64,000 nucleotides of DNA from NCBI GenBank assembly GCA_017531985.1, contig JAFXJY010000017.1, forward strand, positions 29,690 to 93,689, in the 5' to 3' direction. Under the pieces are notes generated by a model, which saw only the letters and a program-made list of their open reading frames with translations, searched no databases and was not told the origin of the DNA. This document shows positions 27,963 through 36,971 of this stretch, in pieces. The stretch's first letter is position 1; each line of letters begins with the position of its first letter. The stretch comes from Bacteroidaceae bacterium (GTDB lineage: Bacteria; Bacteroidota; Bacteroidia; Bacteroidales; Barnesiellaceae_A). Made by a program: the position numbers and the translations under genes.

Positions 27963-29420
27963 TTATGGTATGGGTTCAAATCTCAGACGGTTGATGATAC
28001 CACGCCACACTTGGTTGTAGTTTATTCCGTCATGTGATTTTCCTCCAAACATATATATATATGGTACTAATGTGTTGTCTTTGGTACTGTACATGGGTAT
28101 GCGACGATAGTTCTGTGGGATGGGTAACATATCGATGCTCTCCCATGAGGGAATAGGACTGTTGATGGGTTCGTCGCAGATGATGACAGATGCAAATCCT
28201 CGGGGTAGGATGTATCCGGGCAGAATCATTTCATCACCGGCTTCTTTCCATGTCACGCCATAGTTGTTGGAAATCCATATGTCGCGTAGGGCTGTTGTCT
28301 CGTTGATACCACCTATTACAAACCAAGTAGGCATCTCGGTGGTAATCCAGTTGTCGTCGACGAAGAATGTAACGTAGGGGAAGAAAGTTGCTCCTTCACG
28401 AGCCGGAAGTGTGTTGTTGAGTCTTGCCCAATTGCTGCCATCATATCCCCACATAGCACCTGTCAGTGAACCATCGGCTGTGCGTCCTCCTATTATCATG
28501 CCTTGGGGTGTGGTGAGCCAAGGAGAGTCGTAGGTGAGCATATCGCTATGACCCGATACAGGAAATCCTTGGGCTGTGGGTTGTGGTGTGTATCCCTCGG
28601 GACGGGGGTATATGTCGTGATAGTAGTTGCTTCCATCATGAGTGAGTGTGAGCAACTGTTCATCCAAGCAGCCTATGATGGCGGCGTATTTCTGATTAGT
28701 ACTGTTCCAAGTAATACCATCGGTCGATGTGTGCAGGATGCCGTCGTTATCGAGTAGATATAATGCGTTATGACCGGCTCGTAACGATTGTAGTTGGGGG
28801 GTGAACGATAGGTCGAGTGTTGTGATATCCCATTCGTCGCCGGGTCGGACGGCCGTTGCACGGTAGTATGTATCGTTGCGTTGCATGTAGCAGTGTATGA
28901 GTCCGTTGTATTGTATGGTACGTTGCTCTTGGAGCGAACCTTCCCCGGGAAGTGACGAGTATTGTACTCCGCCCCATGTGAGACGATCGGACTCCATGGT
29001 GTGTACGTTGACCTTTATCTGATAGTCTTTGGTATATAATTTGCTTCGTGACACAACTTTGGCATGGATGGGGAATGTGAGGTCTATTTTTTTCTTGTTG
29101 TGGTCGAGATAGTTGTAGGTCGTATCGAGGGTCGATATGGTGACTTCCGAAGCACTATCTGTTGAGATATTGATGGCGAGTTTTGATACATCGGTGCCTT
29201 TGGGTAAAGAGTCGGCATTGTAGATGAGACCTTTTTCGAGGTCGATTGTGAAAAATACGGTGTTGAGGTTGTCGAGTATGGTTGTGTCGGCCGAAAGTGA
29301 AAAGGCTGTTATGCGTACACTATCGGAGTGCTTGAATTTCTCCTCTTTGTCGTCTCTACATGCTGTGAGTGTACATATCAGTACACATAAAAGTATTGTA
29401 TATCTTAGAAATTTTGTCAT
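27963..29420 (-). CDS. Hypothetical lipoprotein
   Basis: 485 aa with lipobox LTACRD. No family recognised with confidence; the W/G-rich repeats could be a beta-propeller. A minus-strand TATCTTTG box lies just upstream, near 29471..29478. Confidence 0.45.
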   Translation of the reverse strand: MTKFLRYTILLCVLICTLTACRDDKEEKFKHSDSVRITAFSLSADTTILDNLNTVFFTIDLEKGLIYNADSLPKGTDVSKLAINISTDSASEVTISTLDTTYNYLDHNKKKIDLTFPIHAKVVSRSKLYTKDYQIKVNVHTMESDRLTWGGVQYSSLPGEGSLQEQRTIQYNGLIHCYMQRNDTYYRATAVRPGDEWDITTLDLSFTPQLQSLRAGHNALYLLDNDGILHTSTDGITWNSTNQKYAAIIGCLDEQLLTLTHDGSNYYHDIYPRPEGYTPQPTAQGFPVSGHSDMLTYDSPWLTTPQGMIIGGRTADGSLTGAMWGYDGSNWARLNNTLPAREGATFFPYVTFFVDDNWITTEMPTWFVIGGINETTALRDIWISNNYGVTWKEAGDEMILPGYILPRGFASVIICDEPINSPIPSWESIDMLPIPQNYRRIPMYSTKDNTLVPYIYMFGGKSHDGINYNQVWRGIINRLRFEPIP

Positions 29421-29599
29421 TGGCTAATGATGTTTTTTGTAAGCAATATATAACAAACGACAAAGATAGCAACTTTTTTTATCATAGAGGTATATAGATG
29501 TACACAATTATAATTATTTAGAGATAAATAAACGTCGTTTTTAATTTTATTGTGGTTATAAGTGATGGATAAGCGTGTCGGGCTTGTGTTGCAGGATGC

Positions 29600-30634
29600 T
29601 CAGCGATTGACCAATATGTGAGTGTGGTGTGCAGTGTTGTGTCTGATGGTTTGCCATATTGTGCCTTTTATACAAGGGGCTTCTATGCCACTGTGCAGTT
29701 GTGTCGGGGCAACTTCGATACGAGCTTCATCCCATAGATCGGCATCGATGAAGGACTGCAATAATTCTCGTCCACCCTCTACGATAAGACTCTGTATATT
29801 ACGGAGGAAGAGGGTGTGGGCAATGTCTTGTGGCGTGATGTCGGCGGTGTTGAGAGTGATAGATTCAATGTTGTCATGGGAACAATTGCCATTGATGAGT
29901 AGTGTGGGTGTAGAACCATCGCAAATAGTATAATGCTCGGGTATGCGGTGATGGCGATCAATGGTAATACGCAAAGGATTCTTCCCATGCCAATATCGAG
30001 TGGTGAGCGAAGGATTGTCGGTTAAAATAGTATTAGTCCCTACGATGATGGCATCGTGCGTTGCTCGCAATCGATGTGACCAAGAGCGTGTGGTGGGAGT
30101 GGAGAAGATGGTGGCATTTTCGTTAGGTTGGCGATTGCGGTCGATGTATCCATCGCAACTTTGAGCCCATTTTAATGTGATGTAGGGCCGTTGTTTCTGC
30201 TGGTAGGTCATGAACTTGCGATTGAGCCAAAGGCATTCCTCTTGCAAGACGTTGACTGTAACTTTTACGTTGTTTTTACGCAAACACTCAACACCGCGAC
30301 CACTTACTTGTGGAAAAGGATCGAGGCATCCCACAACAACGTGAGGAATACCTGATGAAATGATAAGGTCGCAGCAAGGAGGTGTTTTGCCATGATGCGA
30401 ACAAGGCTCTAATGAAACGTAGATGGTCGATTGCGAGAGTAGGGATTTGTCGCGTACCGATGCGATAGCATTAACTTCGGCATGAGCTTCGCCACAACGA
30501 CGGTGGTACCCCTCGCCAATGATGCGTCCATCGCACACAACTACTGCACCCACCATAGGATTGGGCGATGTGTTGCCGTCGGCCATTCGAGCCAATTGTA
30601 AGCAACGTTGCATATATCGTTCGTGAATATTCAT
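29600..30634 (-). CDS. ribD: Bifunctional riboflavin biosynthesis protein RibD (deaminase/reductase)
   Basis: CMP/dCMP deaminase zinc motif HAEVNAI...PCSHHGKTPPC plus a C-terminal RibD reductase domain. Confidence 0.93.
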   Translation of the reverse strand: MNIHERYMQRCLQLARMADGNTSPNPMVGAVVVCDGRIIGEGYHRRCGEAHAEVNAIASVRDKSLLSQSTIYVSLEPCSHHGKTPPCCDLIISSGIPHVVVGCLDPFPQVSGRGVECLRKNNVKVTVNVLQEECLWLNRKFMTYQQKQRPYITLKWAQSCDGYIDRNRQPNENATIFSTPTTRSWSHRLRATHDAIIVGTNTILTDNPSLTTRYWHGKNPLRITIDRHHRIPEHYTICDGSTPTLLINGNCSHDNIESITLNTADITPQDIAHTLFLRNIQSLIVEGGRELLQSFIDADLWDEARIEVAPTQLHSGIEAPCIKGTIWQTIRHNTAHHTHILVNR

Positions 30635-30670
30635 GCTGCAAACTTACTAATTTTCTAAATATTTTTTTGT

Positions 30671-30687
30671 AAATTCGCGGCGAATTT
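30671..30687. promoter_or_regulatory. Perfect 17-bp palindrome in the divergent ribD/prmC intergenic region (candidate operator)
   Basis: aaattcgc-g-gcgaattt, centred in the 97-bp divergent spacer. Confidence 0.3.
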
Positions 30688-30731
30688 TAGAAATGGCTTA
30701 TTTTTTAATTCGTTACTCTTGAAAGAATGTA

Positions 30732-31574
30732 ATGAAACAGACTCTCGATTTAATACATAGCTTGCTGGCGGACTATTATCCCAAAGGCGAGATTGAGGGC
30801 TTCATTCGGTTGATATTCGAGGAATTATGTGGTTATACAACAGTGGATTTGTTGCTGAAACGTGAAGACGAATTGCCTGTCGAAACCAGAAACAGGATAG
30901 TGTCGATAGTGGAACGATTGAGGCAATATGAGCCTATTCAGTACATCCTTGGAAATGCTTACTGGAATGAAATGAGCCTTGCAGTGGGAAGCGGTGTGTT
31001 GATACCCCGTCCCGAGACAGCTGAGATTGTGAGGCATATTATCGCAGAGATGGGCGATGTAAAGGGGCATGTATTGGATGTGTGTACGGGCAGTGGTTGC
31101 ATAGCCATAGCTCTATCGCGAGCATGGAGAGATGCGAAGGTCGAAGGTTGGGATATTTCGCCCACAGCCTTATCGTATGCTCGTCGAAATGCCGCGGAGT
31201 GTGGAGTCGATGTTCGGTGGTGTGAACGTGATGTGTTGTTATATACCCCTGAGAATAAGCCACGCTATGCGGTAATGGTAAGTAATCCGCCGTATGTGCT
31301 GAATAGTGAGATGTGCGATATGGATGATAATGTATTGCGATATGAACCACACGAGGCTTTGTTTGTTCCGGATGAAGAGCCATTGTTGTTTTATCGAGCC
31401 ATTGCCGGCATTGCACTATGCGAGTTGATACCCGGAGGAGTGCTTTATTTTGAGATAAACAGTCGAATGAGTGAAGCCTGCTGTGATTTGTTGCAGTCGA
31501 TGGGATTTGTTTCGGTCGAGGCATATCGCGATTATAGAGGACAGTATCGCATGGTGCGAGCTGTTAAGAGTTGA
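30732..31574 (+). CDS. prmC: Peptide chain release factor N5-glutamine methyltransferase
   Basis: 280 aa. SAM-binding VLDVCTGSGCIA and catalytic NPPY (VSNPPYV). Confidence 0.9.
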   Translation: MKQTLDLIHSLLADYYPKGEIEGFIRLIFEELCGYTTVDLLLKREDELPVETRNRIVSIVERLRQYEPIQYILGNAYWNEMSLAVGSGVLIPRPETAEIVRHIIAEMGDVKGHVLDVCTGSGCIAIALSRAWRDAKVEGWDISPTALSYARRNAAECGVDVRWCERDVLLYTPENKPRYAVMVSNPPYVLNSEMCDMDDNVLRYEPHEALFVPDEEPLLFYRAIAGIALCELIPGGVLYFEINSRMSEACCDLLQSMGFVSVEAYRDYRGQYRMVRAVKS

Positions 31575-31621
31575 GAAATAGTAGAAAAATAAATCATATA
31601 TAGCAAAAGAAAGAAATAATA

Positions 31622-32113
31622 ATGTCGGATGTAATTACGCGAGACGAAGCGTTTCGTAAATTGGCTGCCCGATGCACCGCTAAGGAGTGTTGTGTGTCGG
31701 AGGTGCGAGAAAAATTGCACAATTGGAATATTCAGCGTGTAGATGAAGATAGTATAGTCCAGCAATTATTATCGGAGCGATATATCGATGAAGATAGATA
31801 TTGTCGTGCATTTACACATGATAAATTTAAGTTTGATGGTTGGGGACGTATCAAAATAGGATATACGCTGAGACAGAAGCAAATAGATCCGCTGACAGTC
31901 TCACAGTCGATACAGACCATTGATGAAGAAGAGTATTATCAATCGTTGCAACATCTGCTGAAAGGTAAAAGTAGAGGTCTGAAAGCTATACCGGCAGAAT
32001 TGCAGGGGGAGAAGTTAATGCGATTTGCAATGTCTCGCGGATTTGAGCCGGAATTGGTGCGTGAGTGTCTCAAAGGTATGTCCTTGCAATGCGAGACTGG
32101 TTTAGAGATATAG
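31622..32113 (+). CDS. recX: Recombination regulator RecX
   Basis: 163 aa. Three-repeat helical pattern (C..KE.CVSEV..KL......E..I...L..E.YIDE.RY..AF) typical of RecX. Confidence 0.8.
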   Translation: MSDVITRDEAFRKLAARCTAKECCVSEVREKLHNWNIQRVDEDSIVQQLLSERYIDEDRYCRAFTHDKFKFDGWGRIKIGYTLRQKQIDPLTVSQSIQTIDEEEYYQSLQHLLKGKSRGLKAIPAELQGEKLMRFAMSRGFEPELVRECLKGMSLQCETGLEI

Positions 32114-32784
32114 CCGATTTTTTCTTTCCACGCACTTGTCAGGTGTGTGATAGGGTATTGTTGCACAATGAAAATCATCTGTGTACCCATTGCTTGTTAA
32201 ATATGCCCCGAACGGAATTTGTTCGAGATCTCGACAACTCGATGGCACAACTATTCTATGGTAAGTTGCCAGTACAACGTGCGTTGGCCTATTTCTATTT
32301 TACCAAAGGGAGTGATTATCGCACGCTCATACATCGCATCAAGTATCATGGCGAGAAGGAGTGTGGACAATATTTAGGTAGGATGTTTGCCCGAGAATAT
32401 CGGTTGGATGATATTTGGACTGGCATTGATTACATAGTACCGGTGCCATTGCATCGTCGGAAGGAACAGAGACGTGGATATAATCAGAGTGAGTGGATAG
32501 CTCGTGGTATTTCACAAGAGACGGGTATACCGTTGTGTTGTGGTGTATTACAGTGCAAGACGCATCGCCAATCTCAGACACAAAAAGGTATCTACGAACG
32601 ATACTTGTCAACTCGCAATGTCTTTGAATTGCAGCCATCTTCGCCTCTTGTCGGCCGTCATGTTCTGCTCGTCGATGATGTGGTGACAACAGGAGCTACC
32701 CTGTTGTCGTGCGGTGAGGTCTTGTTGCAAGGTGGAGTCAAGCAATTGTCCCTCTTTACATTAGCAGCGGCACGCATGACTTGA
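32089..32784 (+). CDS. comF: ComF family protein (phosphoribosyltransferase-like)
   Basis: N-terminal zinc-finger-like CQVC...CTHC. C-terminal PRTase motif VLLVDDVVTTGATL. The start is chosen at MRDWF; ORF 32065..32784 overlaps the end of recX. Confidence 0.8.
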   Translation: MRDWFRDIADFFFPRTCQVCDRVLLHNENHLCTHCLLNMPRTEFVRDLDNSMAQLFYGKLPVQRALAYFYFTKGSDYRTLIHRIKYHGEKECGQYLGRMFAREYRLDDIWTGIDYIVPVPLHRRKEQRRGYNQSEWIARGISQETGIPLCCGVLQCKTHRQSQTQKGIYERYLSTRNVFELQPSSPLVGRHVLLVDDVVTTGATLLSCGEVLLQGGVKQLSLFTLAAARMT

Positions 32785-32921
32785 ATAATCAAATGGATGA
32801 TATTCTATATAGCAAGATGTCAGACCGCAAAGGGGGGTGTCTTGTGGTAGGGGAATGGTATAAAATACCATATCAGGTTAAATAATTTGTCTTGGTTGTA
32901 ATGGAATATTGGCATTTTTTT

Positions 32922-32929
32922 TAACTTTG
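32922..32929 (+). promoter_or_regulatory. -7 promoter box TAACTTTG upstream of pyrE
   Basis: Exact TAnnTTTG match 67 nt upstream of the pyrE ATG. Confidence 0.5.
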
Positions 32930-32995
32930 CACTCGATATATCAATGCTCACTATCGGGCAGAGATGAAAATACAAACTTTAAAAGATAAAATAAT

Positions 32996-33640
32996 ATGAA
33001 AACCGTGGAAAAATTATTGGCCGAAAAATTGTTGAATATCTGTGCTATCAAGTTACAACCGGCCAATCCTTTTACTTGGGCTTCGGGATGGAACTCGCCC
33101 ATATATACCGATAATCGTCGTACTCTTTCTTATCCCGATGTACGCAGTTTTATCAAGGTTGAGTTGTGTCGTCTTATTCTTGAAAACTTCCCCGAAGTTG
33201 ATGCTATTGCGGGTGTGGCAACCGGTGCAATTGCACAAGGTGCATTAGTAGCCGATACTTTGTGCCTACCTTATGTGTATGTGCGTTCGTCTCCCAAGGA
33301 TCACGGTCTTGAAAATCTTATTGAGGGTGACTTGAAGCCCGGACAGAAAGTTGTGGTTATCGAGGATCTCGTTTCGACCGGAGGTAGCAGTATCAAGGCT
33401 GTCGAAAGCATCCGCAATGCAGGTTGTGAAGTGATAGGTATGGCAGCGATATTTACCTATGGCTTCCCCGAGGCAGCACGTCGCTTTAAGGAGGCTAATG
33501 TCGAGTTATTGACATTGAGCAACTATAACGCCATGCTCGAAGTTGCTATTGAGACCAATTATATAGCACCTGAGTATCTCGAAACATTGCAAGAGTGGCG
33601 TAAAGATCCTGCCAATTGGCAAGCCGATAAGAAAATTTGA
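32996..33640 (+). CDS. pyrE: Orotate phosphoribosyltransferase
   Basis: 214 aa. FTWASGW.SPIY.DNR; PRPP-binding VVVIEDLVSTGGS. Confidence 0.93.
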   Translation: MKTVEKLLAEKLLNICAIKLQPANPFTWASGWNSPIYTDNRRTLSYPDVRSFIKVELCRLILENFPEVDAIAGVATGAIAQGALVADTLCLPYVYVRSSPKDHGLENLIEGDLKPGQKVVVIEDLVSTGGSSIKAVESIRNAGCEVIGMAAIFTYGFPEAARRFKEANVELLTLSNYNAMLEVAIETNYIAPEYLETLQEWRKDPANWQADKKI

Positions 33641-33651
33641 TACCCTTCTTT

Positions 33652-34077
33652 ATGACATCGTTCGAGAGTAAAATAACCCGAATACCGGCTCCTATCGATA
33701 AGGTGTATGCCAAGTTGTCCGACCTGAATAATCTGGAAGCTATTCGCGATAGAATCCCTGCTGATAAGCTCGCTCAGATTAAGGAGATGCGATTTGATGC
33801 GGATTCTTGTACAATAAATGTTGATCCCGTAGGAGCATTGACATTTCGTATTATCGAGCGAGAAGCTCCCAAGTTGGTAAAATTTTCAGCCGAAAATTCG
33901 CCTCTGCCACTATTTATGTGGGTACAGTTTGTCCCTGTCGATGAGCAGAATACCAAGACTCGTATCACTGTGAAGGCCGAGATAAATGCATTTCTTAAAC
34001 CAATGGTGTCGAAACCTCTGCAAGAGGCGATAGATCGCATGGCCGAAATGTTGGCGGTTATTCCTTATAATAATTGA
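33652..34077 (+). CDS. SRPBCC (START/polyketide-cyclase-like) family protein
   Basis: About 141 aa. The pattern (I.AP.DKVY..LSDL.NL) and size are typical of SRPBCC. The ORF opens at TTG 33637; the first ATG is at 33652. Confidence 0.55.
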   Translation: MTSFESKITRIPAPIDKVYAKLSDLNNLEAIRDRIPADKLAQIKEMRFDADSCTINVDPVGALTFRIIEREAPKLVKFSAENSPLPLFMWVQFVPVDEQNTKTRITVKAEINAFLKPMVSKPLQEAIDRMAEMLAVIPYNN

Positions 34078-34102
34078 CACACAGTGTAGTGTGTAAAAAT
34101 AA

Positions 34103-34153
34103 GAGAGTGATTGTTGTGTGCTTGTATCAAGCTCCGATGGCCACTCTCTTTTG
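34103..34153 (+). terminator. Rho-independent terminator candidate
   Basis: Stem aagagagtg / cactctctt followed by a T-run. Confidence 0.5.
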
Positions 34154-34215
34154 TTGTTATAATAGATGAAATATTAATCAGTGGAATTTAAGGAAGTTCC
34201 TCTCAGAGTGTAGCT

Positions 34216-34698
34216 ATGAAAATTATACGACTTATATTCTTGTGCGTGGTGCTAATGGCAATGGCAGCTTGTGAGTATGCCGAGTATGATCGTATTCCGG
34301 CGGCTCCGGTACGCATAGAGTTTGGTACAGCTGCCATGTGGAGTGTCTATGGAGTGCGAGCCTATCCCGATCATCGCGAGTATATCAAGGAGGAAAATAA
34401 GCCCAAGGGGTTCTCATATGTTGCGAACTCATATACCGGATATGGAGGAGTGATGCTGGTGTGCGATCCTGTAAATACTGTTCATGCCTACGATCTGGCA
34501 TGTCCAGTCGAGCGTAGTGCCAAGGTGCGTGTCGATTTCGATAACGAAGACTTGGTGATACGGTGCAAATCATGCGGTTCGACCTACGATGTAACTACCG
34601 GAGTGCCACTATCGGGTCGTGCCAAAGAAAATAAGTATTATCTCCAACCTTATGCAGTATATTTCAGTCCTATGGGAGGTGTGTTGGTGACAAGATAA
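34216..34698 (+). CDS. Hypothetical lipoprotein (Cys-containing, Rieske-fold-like but lacking His ligands)
   Basis: 160 aa with lipobox MAMAACE. Contains DLACPVE...IRCKSCGSTYD. The function cannot be supported. Confidence 0.4.
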   Translation: MKIIRLIFLCVVLMAMAACEYAEYDRIPAAPVRIEFGTAAMWSVYGVRAYPDHREYIKEENKPKGFSYVANSYTGYGGVMLVCDPVNTVHAYDLACPVERSAKVRVDFDNEDLVIRCKSCGSTYDVTTGVPLSGRAKENKYYLQPYAVYFSPMGGVLVTR

Positions 34699-34772
34699 CC
34701 GTTTGTGACCGCAAAAAATGGGAATGTGGAATATAAATGGAGAAAGTGTGTTGTTTTTTCAATATAAATAAT

Positions 34773-34780
34773 TAACTTTG
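34773..34780 (+). promoter_or_regulatory. -7 promoter box TAACTTTG upstream of fbp
   Basis: Exact TAnnTTTG match about 80 nt upstream of the fbp ATG. The leader contains an 8-bp hairpin agcaatgt/acattgct. Confidence 0.5.
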
Positions 34781-34861
34781 CTATCGTTAATTAACGAGAG
34801 ATGAGCAATGTTGTGAATACTCTTACGACATTGCTGTAAAATCAGCCTAAACTAAGATACT

Positions 34862-36850
34862 ATGATAACACAATCGGATGAGTTGATGAGAGATGATGTA
34901 AAGCATGACTTGCGTTATCTTACTTTGCTTTCAAAAAAGTTTCCTACCGTAGCCGAAGCCTGCTCCGAGATTATCAATCTTGAAGCCATATTGGATTTGC
35001 CCAAAGGAACAGAACACTTTCTAACCGATATTCATGGAGAGTATGAAGCCTTCCAGCATGTATTGCGAAATGCCTCAGGCTCGGTGAGTCGCAAGGTGGA
35101 TGAGGTATTCGGGCAGACCTTACGGGAATCGGAGAAAAAAGAGTTATGTACGCTGATATATTACCCCGAGGAGAAGCTTGAACTTGTGAAGGCTGCTGAA
35201 AATGATATAGAAGACTGGTATAGAATAACACTGCATCAACTCATACGAGTGGCACGTGCAGTGTCGTCGAAGTATACTCGTTCCAAGGTGTCAAAAGCCC
35301 TTCCACAGTCTTTTGCTTACATTATGCAGGAGTTGCTGCATGAGTCATTGTCCGAGCCTAAGCAGGGATATGTCAATGTTATTATTTCCACAATCATAGA
35401 GATAGGTCGTGCCGACCATTTCATTATTGCTATGTGTGAATTGATACAGCGACTTACCATCGACTCGCTGCACATAGTGGGAGATATTTTCGACCGTGGT
35501 CCCGGTGCACATATTATATTGGATACTCTGCATAAGTATCATGACATTGATGTGCAGTGGGGTAATCATGACATATTGTGGATGGGTGCTGCTTGTGGTA
35601 ATGAGGCTTGTATTGCCAATGTGTTGCGAATAGCATTGCGATATGGTAATTTGTCGACCATCGAAGATGGATATGGTATCAATCTCCTGCCTTTGGCAAC
35701 ATTCGCAATGGATGTTTACGGCGATGATGAGTGTGAGATGTTTATGCCTACTGCTACTGCTATGGCTCATAGTGCAAAGACCAATCGACTTATAGCCAAG
35801 ATGCAGAAGGCTATTGCTATTATACAATTTAAGGTCGAGGGACATATCATTGACCGCAATCCCGAATATGAAATGCAGGATCGTAACTTGCTCGACCAGA
35901 TTGACTATGAAAACGGAACGATTGTAATGGCAGGAGCAACGCAAGAGTTACGCGATAAAAATCTGCCGACAGTCGATCCTAAAAATCCGTATAAACTGAC
36001 CGATGAAGAGGCCAGTGTGATGCAAAAGTTGCGTCTCTCGTTTATCAATAGTGATAAAATGCGTAAGCATATGCGTTGGTTATATGCCAAGGGTAGCTTG
36101 TATCTTGTGCGAAACTCCAATCTTATGTTCCATGCTTCGATGCCGATGAACGAAGATGGCTCTTTTATGAAGGTGATTGTTCATGGCAAGGAGTATTGTG
36201 GAAAGGCTCTCTTCGATAAGGTCGACGAAGTGGTGCGTGCGGCTTATTATGGCAGTCCCACGAGTGAGCAACATCAGCGTGATGTCGACTATATGTGGTA
36301 TCTGTGGTGTGGACCTCATTCGCCTTTCTTTGATAAGGATAAGATGACGAACTTTGAAAAATATTTCATCGCCGACAAAGAGTTGAAAAAGGAAAAGAAG
36401 GGCCATTATTATACGTTGCGAAATGAGTATGATATATGTGTGAAAGTGTTGAAGGAGTTTGGTCTTGAAGGACCCCATTCGCACATTATCAATGGTCATG
36501 TCCCTGTAAAGGTTGCGAAAGGAGAGCAGCCGGTGAAGGCAGGAGGTAAGTTGCTGGTAATAGATGGCGGATTTTCCAAAGCCTATCAGTCGGAAACGGG
36601 TATTGCGGGCTATACGCTCATATATCATTCCCGAGGCTTACAACTTGTACAGCACGAGCCATTCCAGTCGACCCAGAAAGCAATTGAAGAGGGTGTTGAT
36701 ATTATATCCAATCGTTTTGTTTTGGAATTTACCAACGATCGCGTGAAAGTGCGAGATACCGATATAGGACGTGAGTTGATAGGACAAATCGAAGACTTGA
36801 AGAAGCTCTTATGTGCCTATCGTTCGGGACTGATTAAAGAGAAAGAGTAA
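34862..36850 (+). CDS. fbp: Fructose-1,6-bisphosphatase class 3
   Basis: 662 aa. Metallophosphoesterase motifs (IVGDIFDRGP, GNHD) and length typical of class III FBPase. Confidence 0.9.
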   Translation: MITQSDELMRDDVKHDLRYLTLLSKKFPTVAEACSEIINLEAILDLPKGTEHFLTDIHGEYEAFQHVLRNASGSVSRKVDEVFGQTLRESEKKELCTLIYYPEEKLELVKAAENDIEDWYRITLHQLIRVARAVSSKYTRSKVSKALPQSFAYIMQELLHESLSEPKQGYVNVIISTIIEIGRADHFIIAMCELIQRLTIDSLHIVGDIFDRGPGAHIILDTLHKYHDIDVQWGNHDILWMGAACGNEACIANVLRIALRYGNLSTIEDGYGINLLPLATFAMDVYGDDECEMFMPTATAMAHSAKTNRLIAKMQKAIAIIQFKVEGHIIDRNPEYEMQDRNLLDQIDYENGTIVMAGATQELRDKNLPTVDPKNPYKLTDEEASVMQKLRLSFINSDKMRKHMRWLYAKGSLYLVRNSNLMFHASMPMNEDGSFMKVIVHGKEYCGKALFDKVDEVVRAAYYGSPTSEQHQRDVDYMWYLWCGPHSPFFDKDKMTNFEKYFIADKELKKEKKGHYYTLRNEYDICVKVLKEFGLEGPHSHIINGHVPVKVAKGEQPVKAGGKLLVIDGGFSKAYQSETGIAGYTLIYHSRGLQLVQHEPFQSTQKAIEEGVDIISNRFVLEFTNDRVKVRDTDIGRELIGQIEDLKKLLCAYRSGLIKEKE

Positions 36851-36971
36851 GAGAAAGAAATAATCCCTTATATGGCAAGACTGACGAAGAATTTTTGTTG
36901 GTCTTGTCTTTTTATACACTTGCAAGAGCCGTAAATTATATATAAATTTGTCGGAAAATAAATACAATGCC

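Noticed and set aside
30635-30731. FMN riboswitch upstream of ribD, and likewise a SAM riboswitch upstream of metA at 21167..21190
   Set aside because: The spacers are only 97 bp (shared with the divergent prmC promoter) and 24 bp. That is too short, and they lack the conserved riboswitch cores.
34216-34698. Rieske [2Fe-2S] protein call for the 160-aa lipoprotein
   Set aside because: A CPVE...CKSCG spacing is present, but the two His ligands of the Rieske motif (CxH...CxxH) are absent. It is left as hypothetical.
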